This document shows, in pieces, positions 9,428-17,174 of a stretch of 64,000 bases of DNA. A program made the translations under genes and the position numbers. Origin of the DNA: Chitinophagales bacterium (GTDB lineage: Bacteria > Bacteroidota > Bacteroidia > Chitinophagales > UBA10324); assembly GCA_025056305.1 (NCBI GenBank), contig JANWWJ010000041.1, positions 302-64,301 of the forward strand, read 5' to 3'. Below the pieces are notes generated by a model. That model saw only the letters and a program-made list of their open reading frames with translations. It was not told where the DNA came from and ran no database searches. The stretch's first letter is position 1. Every line of letters begins with the position of its first letter.

Positions 9428-9566
9428 AAAAGCTAAAAAAACAAAAAATTTTTGAACTCGTTAACAGTCAGCCCTGAAGTTCAGAAACATAATTTTTTCA
9501 CGTTCGTAAGAACACAAGCTCGTAAAAAAGAACCTAAAGAGTAAATTAGCTGCAAAAAACACCCCC

Positions 9567-9953
9567 ATGGTTACCCGCACTACTGAAGGTGTCAAAATCA
9601 CAGTAGAAACCTTTTATCAGGAAGACTATTCGCATCCGCTGATGCAGGAGTACTTGTTTGCCTACCGCATTCGCATTGAAAACCAAAGTGACGTACCGAT
9701 TCGGCTATTGCGCAGGCACTGGTACATTTTCGACAGCAACGGAACGTATCGGGAAGTAGAAGGGGAAGGTGTAGTAGGGCAACAACCAATTATAGGACCC
9801 AAGCAGTCACATCAGTACGTATCAGGATGTCACCTGCGTAGTGAAATGGGTCGTATGCATGGCACTTATTTGATGGAACGGCTTACCGATGGGCGCATGT
9901 TTGAAGTTGCCATACCGGCATTTCAGCTGATAGCCCCCTACAAATTGAACTGA
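9567..9953 (+). CDS. apaG: ApaG (DUF525) protein
   Basis: 128 aa. ...GVKITVETFYQEDYSHP....YLFAYRIRIENQSD..IRLLRRHWYIFDSNG..REVEGEGVVGQQP is collinear with ApaG. Confidence 0.88.
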   Translation: MVTRTTEGVKITVETFYQEDYSHPLMQEYLFAYRIRIENQSDVPIRLLRRHWYIFDSNGTYREVEGEGVVGQQPIIGPKQSHQYVSGCHLRSEMGRMHGTYLMERLTDGRMFEVAIPAFQLIAPYKLN

Positions 9954-9994
9954 GGCGCGCAGACAGCCAAGCTATTTTTGCCCCCCCACCAAAC

Positions 9995-10948
9995 GTGAAA
10001 GTTACCGAGCACATTGCCCGCCGCAAGGGCACGCTGTTGTCGTTTGAAATTCTGCCTCCTCTGAAAGGGCGGAGCATTCAAAGCATTTATGACACGCTGG
10101 ATCCCCTCATGGATTTTCGCCCTTCCTTTATTAACGTCACTTATCATCGGGCCGAATACATCTACCGAAAAAACGCAGATGGGTTGTTTGAAAAAGTGTT
10201 TGTGCGAAAGCGGCCGGGAACGGTTGGCATTTGCGCGGCCATTGTAAACCGGTATCAGGTAGATGCCGTGCCGCATATGGTTTGCGGGGGCTTTACCAAA
10301 GAAGAAACCGAAGATGCGCTAATTGATCTGGCATATTTGGGCATCAACAATCTGTTGGTGGTGCGGGGTGATCCTGAGCGCAGCGAGCGCGTGTTTGAGC
10401 CGGAACCTGGTGGCCACCGGTATGCTATTGAGTTGTTGCGTCAAGTAGTGAATATGAACCGGGGCATATACTTAGAAGAAGACCTAACAGATGTGCAACC
10501 TACCGACTTCTGCATCGGCGTAGCTGGATACCCGGAAAAACATTATGAGGCGCCTAATATGAAAACCGATTTGTTTTACTTAAAGGCCAAGGTAGATGCG
10601 GGAGCACACTACATCGTCACGCAAATGTTTTTCGACAACCGGCATTATTTCTCTTTTGTAGAGCAATGCCGAGCCATGGGCATAACGGTGCCTATCATTC
10701 CGGGCATCAAACCAATTACCACACGGCAACAAATAAGCACCCTGCCCCGACAGTTCCATATCGAGCTACCTGCCGACTTGGTCGATGCGCTGCTCAAAAC
10801 CCATACTGATGCCGAGGCACGCCAGGTAGGCAAGGAATGGGCCATCCAGCAGTGCCGCGAACTTCTGCGCGCCGATGTGCCCGTGCTTCATTTCTACACC
10901 ATGAGCAACCCCAAGCCGATTGTGGAAATTGTCAAGGCTTTATTCTGA
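9995..10948 (+). CDS. metF: 5,10-methylenetetrahydrofolate reductase
   Basis: LSFEILPPLKG, NVTYH, VPHMVCGG, LVVRGDP, GVAGYPEKH and YIVTQMFFD. GTG start. Confidence 0.9.
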   Translation: MKVTEHIARRKGTLLSFEILPPLKGRSIQSIYDTLDPLMDFRPSFINVTYHRAEYIYRKNADGLFEKVFVRKRPGTVGICAAIVNRYQVDAVPHMVCGGFTKEETEDALIDLAYLGINNLLVVRGDPERSERVFEPEPGGHRYAIELLRQVVNMNRGIYLEEDLTDVQPTDFCIGVAGYPEKHYEAPNMKTDLFYLKAKVDAGAHYIVTQMFFDNRHYFSFVEQCRAMGITVPIIPGIKPITTRQQISTLPRQFHIELPADLVDALLKTHTDAEARQVGKEWAIQQCRELLRADVPVLHFYTMSNPKPIVEIVKALF

Positions 10949-11602
10949 AACGGCTTGTTGACGAGACTGTTCGGCGTGCGCGGCAATAAGCCTGCGCAGG
11001 AGGGCTTCCAGATCTGTTGCAGGATTATATTGCACCGCAATCAATCCTAAAGCAGCGGCAGCTTGAACGTGTGTCAGCTGATCATCGACATACAGCGTTT
11101 CCTGCGGTCGTAACGCATTTTCGTCAATCACGCGTTGAAAGATTGCAGGATCGGGTTTGCGCAGGCCCAAAATGCATGAGTAATAAACTTTATCAAAAAA
11201 TTCCTCCAGCGTGGGTTTTTCGTAATGGCGTAACAGATATTTGGTTAAGAACTTCAGATGAATAAAGTTGGTATTGCTCAGCAAAAACATATGATAATCT
11301 TCTGCATATAGGCGCCGCAGCAAATCGATTTTTTCAGGGCGGATCTGCACGATCATGCTGTTCCACGCCTCGTCTATTTGCTCATCGGTGAGGGGCACCC
11401 CTAGCACCTGCCGCAACTGATTACGAAATGCTGCCTCGGTGATTTGGCCCCGATCAAAAGCGTCAAACAGCGGATGCTGGTAATGGGCACTGAACAAAGC
11501 ACGAAACTGAGGTACCTGCAACCGTTCGAGGTAACGGGCCGGGGCTTCATAATCTATGTCAATAATGACCCCACCGTAGTCTAAAATGATGTTGCGTATC
11601 AT
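10940..11602 (-). CDS. HAD-superfamily hydrolase (subfamily IA-like)
   Basis: Motif I, IILDYGGVIIDID (DxG variant). LLSNTN (motif II region), and K...YVDD (motifs III/IV). The 3' end overlaps metF by 9 nt in convergent orientation. Confidence 0.75.
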   Translation of the reverse strand: MIRNIILDYGGVIIDIDYEAPARYLERLQVPQFRALFSAHYQHPLFDAFDRGQITEAAFRNQLRQVLGVPLTDEQIDEAWNSMIVQIRPEKIDLLRRLYAEDYHMFLLSNTNFIHLKFLTKYLLRHYEKPTLEEFFDKVYYSCILGLRKPDPAIFQRVIDENALRPQETLYVDDQLTHVQAAAALGLIAVQYNPATDLEALLRRLIAAHAEQSRQQAVSE

Positions 11603-11635
11603 TTCCCCACCATTTTTTTAACAAGGTATGCAATA

Positions 11636-11660
11636 ATAAAAAAGCCGGATTGGCTTTTTC
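11636..11660 (-). terminator. Possible weak bidirectional rho-independent terminator downstream of the ABM gene
   Basis: AAAAAAGCC-GGATT-GGCTTTTT: a short GC core (AGCC/GGCT) extended by A:T pairs and flanked by A and T runs. It lies ~75 nt after the minus-strand stop at 11736. The stem is weak. Confidence 0.35.
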
Positions 11661-11735
11661 TAAAGCCATCACCTCTCTAACGCTCCGATCGGATACCTCA
11701 GGGTTTTTGGCGGTAAACTCTGCAACGGCGGTAAT

Positions 11736-12065
11736 TCAATCTGTCAAAATTTCATAAGTTTTAAATTCAGAGGTCATTGGAGGATTTTGGCCGCTTTCTT
11801 TTGCTTTGCGCATGTCATCAAAACCCCGCCGATGCCCTTCCAAGAACTCTGGGGAACGGGTCCAGGCCTCGAAGGCCTCTTCGCTGTCCCAGTGGCTGAC
11901 GACCAAATAGGGCTCTCCCGATTGCTTGGGTTTCAGCACAGCCATGGACCGAAAGCCGGCCATTCGCTCGATGGCGCGGGCGCGCGTTCGGAACAATTCC
12001 TCAAAGCGTGACACATAGTTTGGTTCGCAACGAATGAAATTAATGGCAACAAATCCTTTGCTCAC
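11736..12065 (-). CDS. Antibiotic-biosynthesis-monooxygenase (ABM) domain protein, IsdG/HmoA-like
   Basis: 109 aa ferredoxin-like ABM pattern: VAINFIRCEP...FEELF..R...IERMAGFRSMAVLKP......YLVVSHWDSEEAFEAW. GTG start. Confidence 0.7.
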   Translation of the reverse strand: MSKGFVAINFIRCEPNYVSRFEELFRTRARAIERMAGFRSMAVLKPKQSGEPYLVVSHWDSEEAFEAWTRSPEFLEGHRRGFDDMRKAKESGQNPPMTSEFKTYEILTD

Positions 12066-12077
12066 GGTAACTATTAT

Positions 12078-12094
12078 TTTAGAATCATTCTAAA
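12078..12094. promoter_or_regulatory. Perfect 8-1-8 inverted repeat TTTAGAAT-C-ATTCTAAA, a candidate operator
   Basis: Read directly from the sequence, 13 nt upstream of the ABM gene start. The core AATnATT with a 7-1-7-type architecture is reminiscent of Fur/PerR/Zur-family boxes (TnnnAATnATTnnnA). Confidence 0.35.
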
Positions 12095-12250
12095 CAAAGC
12101 AAATATAGACAAGTATCAACTTCCGGGAACTAAAGCATAATGCCGTCTTTACACACATCCATTTGCCGCCTTGGGTATCATATCAAACAGCGTTTAGACG
12201 GAATGCGGTGCAGTGGTCACTGAAGGCCTTCTGTTAGTTTTGAAGCACAT

Positions 12251-13018
12251 ATGAGCCCTACATCATCCACCGAGGAGTGCCGACAAACGCAGCCTGCTGC
12301 TTTCTCCGCCTCTGAGGAAGCTGCCCAAAGAGAAGAAGTGTTGATCACCGGTGCTGCAGGATATCTCGGCCGTGAAGTCGTCCGATGGTTTTCCTCTACC
12401 GATTGTTATGCGATTACAGCAGTTGTGCGACGACACGAGCAATTTTCCCGGGTGCCGGACGCCTCGTCGATCAGAAAAGTAGCTGTGGAATTAACCGACG
12501 AACAGGCTGTAGCTGCTGCGTTGCAAGCTCATTACCCTCATCAGCCTCCTGATCATGTGTTGCTGCTCGCTGGCGGTTTTGCTCTGGGCGACATTGCACA
12601 AAGCCCCCAGCATGCCTTGCGCCACATGATGGCCATTAACTTTGAATCGGCCTACAGTGTGGTACGGGTGCTGTTGCCCGCAATGCTTCAACGCGGTTCC
12701 GGAAGATTCATCTTCATGGGATCGGTTGCTGCATTAGAGCCCCAAACAGCTCAGCGCATGATCGCCTATGGGTTATCGAAAAGTTTGCTGATCCAACTGG
12801 CCAAATACATCAATGCCATGGCCGAAGGAACCCAGGTGGCAGCCACCGTATTGGTGCCGCACGTCATTGACACTCCTGATAATCGGCGCAGCATGCCACA
12901 TGCCGATTTCCGCCAGTGGGTAAAGCCAAGTCATTTGGCTGAATTGATGCATCAGCTCTGCCGAGGTGCAGCCCGCGGATTACGCCAGCCCGTGCTGCGC
13001 GTCTGGCCACAGGGTTGA
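12251..13018 (+). CDS. SDR-family NAD(P)-dependent oxidoreductase
   Basis: Rossmann motif ITGAAGYLGREV and the active-site region YGLSKSLL (YxxxK). 255 aa. Confidence 0.8.
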   Translation: MSPTSSTEECRQTQPAAFSASEEAAQREEVLITGAAGYLGREVVRWFSSTDCYAITAVVRRHEQFSRVPDASSIRKVAVELTDEQAVAAALQAHYPHQPPDHVLLLAGGFALGDIAQSPQHALRHMMAINFESAYSVVRVLLPAMLQRGSGRFIFMGSVAALEPQTAQRMIAYGLSKSLLIQLAKYINAMAEGTQVAATVLVPHVIDTPDNRRSMPHADFRQWVKPSHLAELMHQLCRGAARGLRQPVLRVWPQG

Positions 13019-13063
13019 AAGGCCGCGAATGCACAGCGTTGTACCTTCGAGGCAAGAAAAGCG

Positions 13064-13315
13064 GTGGCCGATCAGCGCAAAACCTTGGATTGCGGCAGCA
13101 ACTTTTATGATATGCTGCATTCCTGCTTTGTGGCGCAAGAACCCGTACGCCTGTTGTACGATAAAGGTGGTATGCAACGCGCCGAAGGCATCATTCAACA
13201 CATCGATCCGCCGGGACCGGAAAGTTCAATTAAATTGACCAACGGCCAGCGCATAGCTATAAATGACATAGTTGCCGTAAACGGCGTTTTCAGCGACGAA
13301 TACACCGAATGTTGA
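13064..13315 (+). CDS. Possible Rof-like (Rho-binding antiterminator family) small protein
   Basis: 83 aa. The N-terminal C..NFYDMLHSC...V.L.Y pattern resembles the C..YD.LE.AC start of E. coli Rof/YaeO. The recollection-based match is moderate. GTG start. Confidence 0.45.
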   Translation: MADQRKTLDCGSNFYDMLHSCFVAQEPVRLLYDKGGMQRAEGIIQHIDPPGPESSIKLTNGQRIAINDIVAVNGVFSDEYTEC

Positions 13316-13323
13316 CCTGTAGG

Positions 13324-13397
13324 TGGGCCCACCAGGATTTGAACCTGGGACCTACGGATTATGAGTCCGCTGCTCTAACCAGCTGAGCTATAGGCCC
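13324..13397 (-). tRNA. tRNA with anticodon CAU (Met by default; acceptor stem looks tRNA-Ile2/lysidine-like)
   Basis: The minus strand GGGCCUA-UA-GCUC-AGCUGGUUA-GAGC-A-GCGGA-CUCAUAA-UCCGU-AGGUC-CCAGG-UUCAAAU-CCUGG-UGGGCCC-A folds into a canonical 74-nt cloverleaf. CCA is not encoded. It is not an initiator: pair 1-72 is intact and there is no 3xG:C anticodon stem. Confidence 0.92.
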
Positions 13398-13415
13398 GGC
13401 GCTTACGCGCAACGG

Positions 13416-13423
13416 CAAAATTA
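13416..13423 (-). promoter_or_regulatory. Candidate tRNA promoter -7 box TAATTTTG
   Basis: The minus strand reads TAATTTTG, an exact match to TAnnTTTG, ending ~19 nt upstream of the tRNA 5' end. No well-spaced -33 TTTG was seen. Confidence 0.35.
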
Positions 13424-13552
13424 GGATTTGGCTGAGCAAATCGGGTTTGGGCTTAGTTCAGCGAGGCTACGGACGCAGCGTTCTTGCAAAATCAGTCAAT
13501 TTTTCTTTAAAAAATAACATTTTTTGAAAAAAGCGATTAAAAAGTAAAAAAA

Positions 13553-14077
13553 ATGCAACACCTTTGGGCTGACAGTGCCATGGCATCTACCGCATTGGAC
13601 GATTTAGATTTCCGCATTCTGGCGCAGTTGCAGGATGATGGCCGCAAGTCGTTCACCGAAATTGCGCAAGAACTGCACGTTTCGGTAGGAACGGTGCGCA
13701 ACCGTATTGCCTCTCTGATTGCTTCACGTACCTTGACAGTGATCGGCCGCGTTGATCCGGAAAAAGTCGGCTTTCATGCTTACGCTCATATTTTTATCAA
13801 GGTGCGGCCGGCCGCGCAAATCAACAATGTTGCTCGAAAAATAGCCCGCTTGCCCGAAGTAAGCTTTCTGGCGATGATCAGCGGAGAGTACGATTTGGAG
13901 GTAAACGTGATGTGCCCCAACAACGACCATCTGATTCGGCTGATGAATGAAAAAATACACAGGATCACCGGCGTACATGAAACAAATACAAATATGTACT
14001 TACGGGTTTTCAAAATTGCCCAACCCGATCTGAGCCTGGTTCGTCCGAATTTATTAGTAAGTTCAAACACCAAATAA
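13553..14077 (+). CDS. Lrp/AsnC-family transcriptional regulator
   Basis: The HTH LDDLDFRILAQLQDDGRKSFTEIAQELHVSVGTVRNRI is followed by a RAM/AsnC-type effector domain. The start is ATG 13553 or 13580. The stop is directly followed by the SusC ATG (TAAATG). Confidence 0.88.
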   Translation: MQHLWADSAMASTALDDLDFRILAQLQDDGRKSFTEIAQELHVSVGTVRNRIASLIASRTLTVIGRVDPEKVGFHAYAHIFIKVRPAAQINNVARKIARLPEVSFLAMISGEYDLEVNVMCPNNDHLIRLMNEKIHRITGVHETNTNMYLRVFKIAQPDLSLVRPNLLVSSNTK

Positions 14078-17000
14078 ATGCTTATGAACCTGTTGCGCCT
14101 GTTTGCCTTGGCGGGGATGCTGCCCGTAATCAGCTATGGCCAGCTGACGTTGACCGGCAGTGTACGAGACCAGAACGGCGAGCCACTGCTGGGAGCTACG
14201 GTCCGCTGGAAAGAAAACCCCACCGTAGGCACCCAAACCGATGAAGACGGCCGTTTCTCACTTGTAGTCACGGCAGCCTCTGGTACTTTGATTTTTTCCT
14301 ATGTGGGTTTTGAAGAAAAAGAGGTTGCCTTTTCTGAGGCCAACACCACTTTCCACATCACCCTTTCCACCGAAAAAGAGTTGGAAGAAGTAATCGTAAT
14401 CGGCTACGGCGTGCAGCGCAAGAGTGATGTCACCGGCGCAATTGCCTCGCTGCGGGCTCGTGACATCGAAGGATTACCTCACGCCAACCTGGGCACTTCT
14501 ATCACGGGCAAGGCTTCAGGCTTATACATCAAGACGCCGTCAGGTACACCGGGGGCAGGGTTGTTGGTCAGTGTGCGCGGCAGCGAAAACCCCCTATACG
14601 TGGTGGACGGTATTCCCATGCTCAGTGAAAGCAATTCCGCCCTGGCTACCTCCTATGACACGCAGGGCAACATCACCGGCAACGGACAAAACATCTCTTC
14701 CATTGCCGACATCAACCCCGATGACATAGCCAGCATAGAAATTTTAAAAGATGCGTCGTCCGCTTCTATTTACGGCGCACGGGCTGCCAACGGCGTAGTG
14801 CTCATCACCACCCGCCGAGGGGCTGCGGGCAAAACACAATTTCACTTCAATGCCTACAGTGGTTTACAGACAGCAGCCCGCATCATCCCATTTTTGAGCA
14901 GTGATGCGTTTGTGGCGTTGGTCGAAGATGCCCGTGCTCAGGACTTAAAGAAATATGAAGAAAACCCAGATTATTTCGGGCCTGATTTTGACCCAGCCGT
15001 TTTGACAACCCCCCTTCCGGAATCGTGGTTTACCGGTGTTAACACCAACTGGCTGGACGAAGTGTTGCAGCCGGCCCCTATTGCCAGCGTGCAACTCTCG
15101 GCATCGGGCGGCACTGAGCGTAACCGCTATTACATCAGCAATGCTTATTTTGATCAGCAGGGCATCGTCATCAATTCGTATTACCGTCGTTTTACCAGCC
15201 GCCTCAATTTTGACCAGACGGCCTCCGAACGAGTTACGTTCGGGGAAAATTTGTCGATAACTTATTCGCGCAACCGGCGCAGCTTCAACGACGACACCTA
15301 CACCGGCATCATCACCAACGCCTTGGGCTGTTCCCCCCTGATGCCGCCTTACGATGAAAACGGTAATTATTCTGACTACACCCAATATCAGGCGGCGTGG
15401 TTGAGTGACAACCCCATTCTAAGTGCCAATGAAATCATTGCTTTTTCCAACAGCTACCGCTTCCTCGGCTCAATCTATGCCAACTATACCTTCAGCCCTG
15501 CGTGGGCTCTGCGAAGCAGTGTGGCAGCCGACTTTACGTATTTGACCGATGATCAATTTTGGTCGCCGCTGACTGCCGATGCCAGTGCCTTGGGCGGCAA
15601 AGCGTTCAACGGCAGTTTCAAGCAGTTGATTTGGCTGAATGAAAACACCCTCACCTTCAGCCAAGCGTGGAACGATGCGCACCACCTCAATGCCGTGACG
15701 GGCTTCACCTTGCAGCGCAACCAACAAAATCGTTTAGGTATCACCGGCCAAGGGTTTCCCCCCGGTAGCAACCTACAGACGGTTCAGAGTGCGGCACTCA
15801 TTACCAGCCATGATGCCAGTGCTTCAAGATGGAGTCTGGTGTCGTTTTTGGGTCGCGTGCAATACGATTTCCGAAGCCGCTACTTGGTCAGCGCCAGCAT
15901 GCGGGCAGATGGGTCTTCGCGTTTTGGGCCCGACAATCGCTTTGGCTTGTTTCCTGCTGCCTCGGTGGGATGGCGCTTGAGCGACGAACCGTTCTTTCCC
16001 AAAACCAATTTCCTTTCTGACCTAAAATTTCGCCTCAGCTTTGGCCTCACGGGAGACCAAGAGATCGGCGACTTTCAATACATCAGCTTTTGGACACCAG
16101 TAAGCTATAATGGTCAGGCAGGTTTAGGTCCACGTAACCTCGCCGATCCACGACTGCGCTGGCAAAGCAATCAAAAGTTCAATGCAGGTCTAGACTACGA
16201 ATTTTTCGATGGGCGAATCAATGGTTCTATAGAATATTTCAGGGAAACCAAATATGATTTACTCAGTGAGGACGCCTTGCCGGGCACCTCAGGATTCAGC
16301 TCGATCACGCGTAATGCCGGCCGCATCCGAAACAGTGGCTTTGAGTTTCAAGTCGAAGCAACGCCCATCCAACAGGCCGTCACGTGGCAAGTGGGATTTA
16401 ATCTTTCCTATCTCAATAACGAAGTGCTGGACTTGACTACGGATAGCTTATTGCTATATGCCTATAACGATTTAGCGCCGACGCACATTTTGGCCATCGG
16501 TCACCCACAAGGATCTTTTTGGGGTGTGCGCTATCTGGGCGTAGATCCGCTCACCGGCGATCCCATCTACGATGATTTAAACGGTGATGGCATCATTGAC
16601 GACAACGATGCCACCATTATCGGCAAGGCTTTACCCGATTACTTCGGCGGTCTGCATACTTCGCTGCGATACCGAAATTGGATGCTGGACATCGCAACCA
16701 GTTTTAACATCGGAAACCAGGTGTACAACTTAATTCGAGGCGAATACCTCAGCCTTGGCTACAGCCCTGAAGGATGGGATGCAAACAATGTGCTTTACAT
16801 GGTTTATTCGAATAATTCGACCGAAGCAAACGACCGCTGGAAACAACCCGGCGATCAAACCGATATTCCCCGTGCCTCACTGATCAACTCACATAATTAC
16901 CAGAACTCAACCCAGAATCTGGAAGATGCCAGCTTTTGGCGCTTCAACGACATCACCCTTTCGTACGTTTTCCGACAGGTCGCGGGGCTAAGTCGCTTGC

Positions 17001-17164
17001 GGCTCTATGTTCAAGTACAGAACGCATGGGTGTTCACGCGGTACAGTGGTTTTGACCCGGAGGTGAGCAGCACCGGCGGTTCTGACTTGAATACCACCGG
17101 TGTGGATTATGCCGCTTATCCCAAAGCCCGCACATTTTTGTTCGGAGTAAATGCTTCATTTTAA
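14078..17164 (+). CDS. SusC/RagA-family TonB-linked outer membrane transporter
   Basis: 1028 aa. It has a signal peptide and a carboxypeptidase-regulatory-like domain (LTLTGSVRDQNGEPLLGATV...DEDGRFSL). The plug is VIVIGYGVQRKSDVTGAI and the barrel ends ...FLFGVNASF. There is no N-terminal STN/anti-sigma signalling extension. Confidence 0.92.
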   Translation: MLMNLLRLFALAGMLPVISYGQLTLTGSVRDQNGEPLLGATVRWKENPTVGTQTDEDGRFSLVVTAASGTLIFSYVGFEEKEVAFSEANTTFHITLSTEKELEEVIVIGYGVQRKSDVTGAIASLRARDIEGLPHANLGTSITGKASGLYIKTPSGTPGAGLLVSVRGSENPLYVVDGIPMLSESNSALATSYDTQGNITGNGQNISSIADINPDDIASIEILKDASSASIYGARAANGVVLITTRRGAAGKTQFHFNAYSGLQTAARIIPFLSSDAFVALVEDARAQDLKKYEENPDYFGPDFDPAVLTTPLPESWFTGVNTNWLDEVLQPAPIASVQLSASGGTERNRYYISNAYFDQQGIVINSYYRRFTSRLNFDQTASERVTFGENLSITYSRNRRSFNDDTYTGIITNALGCSPLMPPYDENGNYSDYTQYQAAWLSDNPILSANEIIAFSNSYRFLGSIYANYTFSPAWALRSSVAADFTYLTDDQFWSPLTADASALGGKAFNGSFKQLIWLNENTLTFSQAWNDAHHLNAVTGFTLQRNQQNRLGITGQGFPPGSNLQTVQSAALITSHDASASRWSLVSFLGRVQYDFRSRYLVSASMRADGSSRFGPDNRFGLFPAASVGWRLSDEPFFPKTNFLSDLKFRLSFGLTGDQEIGDFQYISFWTPVSYNGQAGLGPRNLADPRLRWQSNQKFNAGLDYEFFDGRINGSIEYFRETKYDLLSEDALPGTSGFSSITRNAGRIRNSGFEFQVEATPIQQAVTWQVGFNLSYLNNEVLDLTTDSLLLYAYNDLAPTHILAIGHPQGSFWGVRYLGVDPLTGDPIYDDLNGDGIIDDNDATIIGKALPDYFGGLHTSLRYRNWMLDIATSFNIGNQVYNLIRGEYLSLGYSPEGWDANNVLYMVYSNNSTEANDRWKQPGDQTDIPRASLINSHNYQNSTQNLEDASFWRFNDITLSYVFRQVAGLSRLRLYVQVQNAWVFTRYSGFDPEVSSTGGSDLNTTGVDYAAYPKARTFLFGVNASF

Positions 17165-17174
17165 AAAAAGTACT

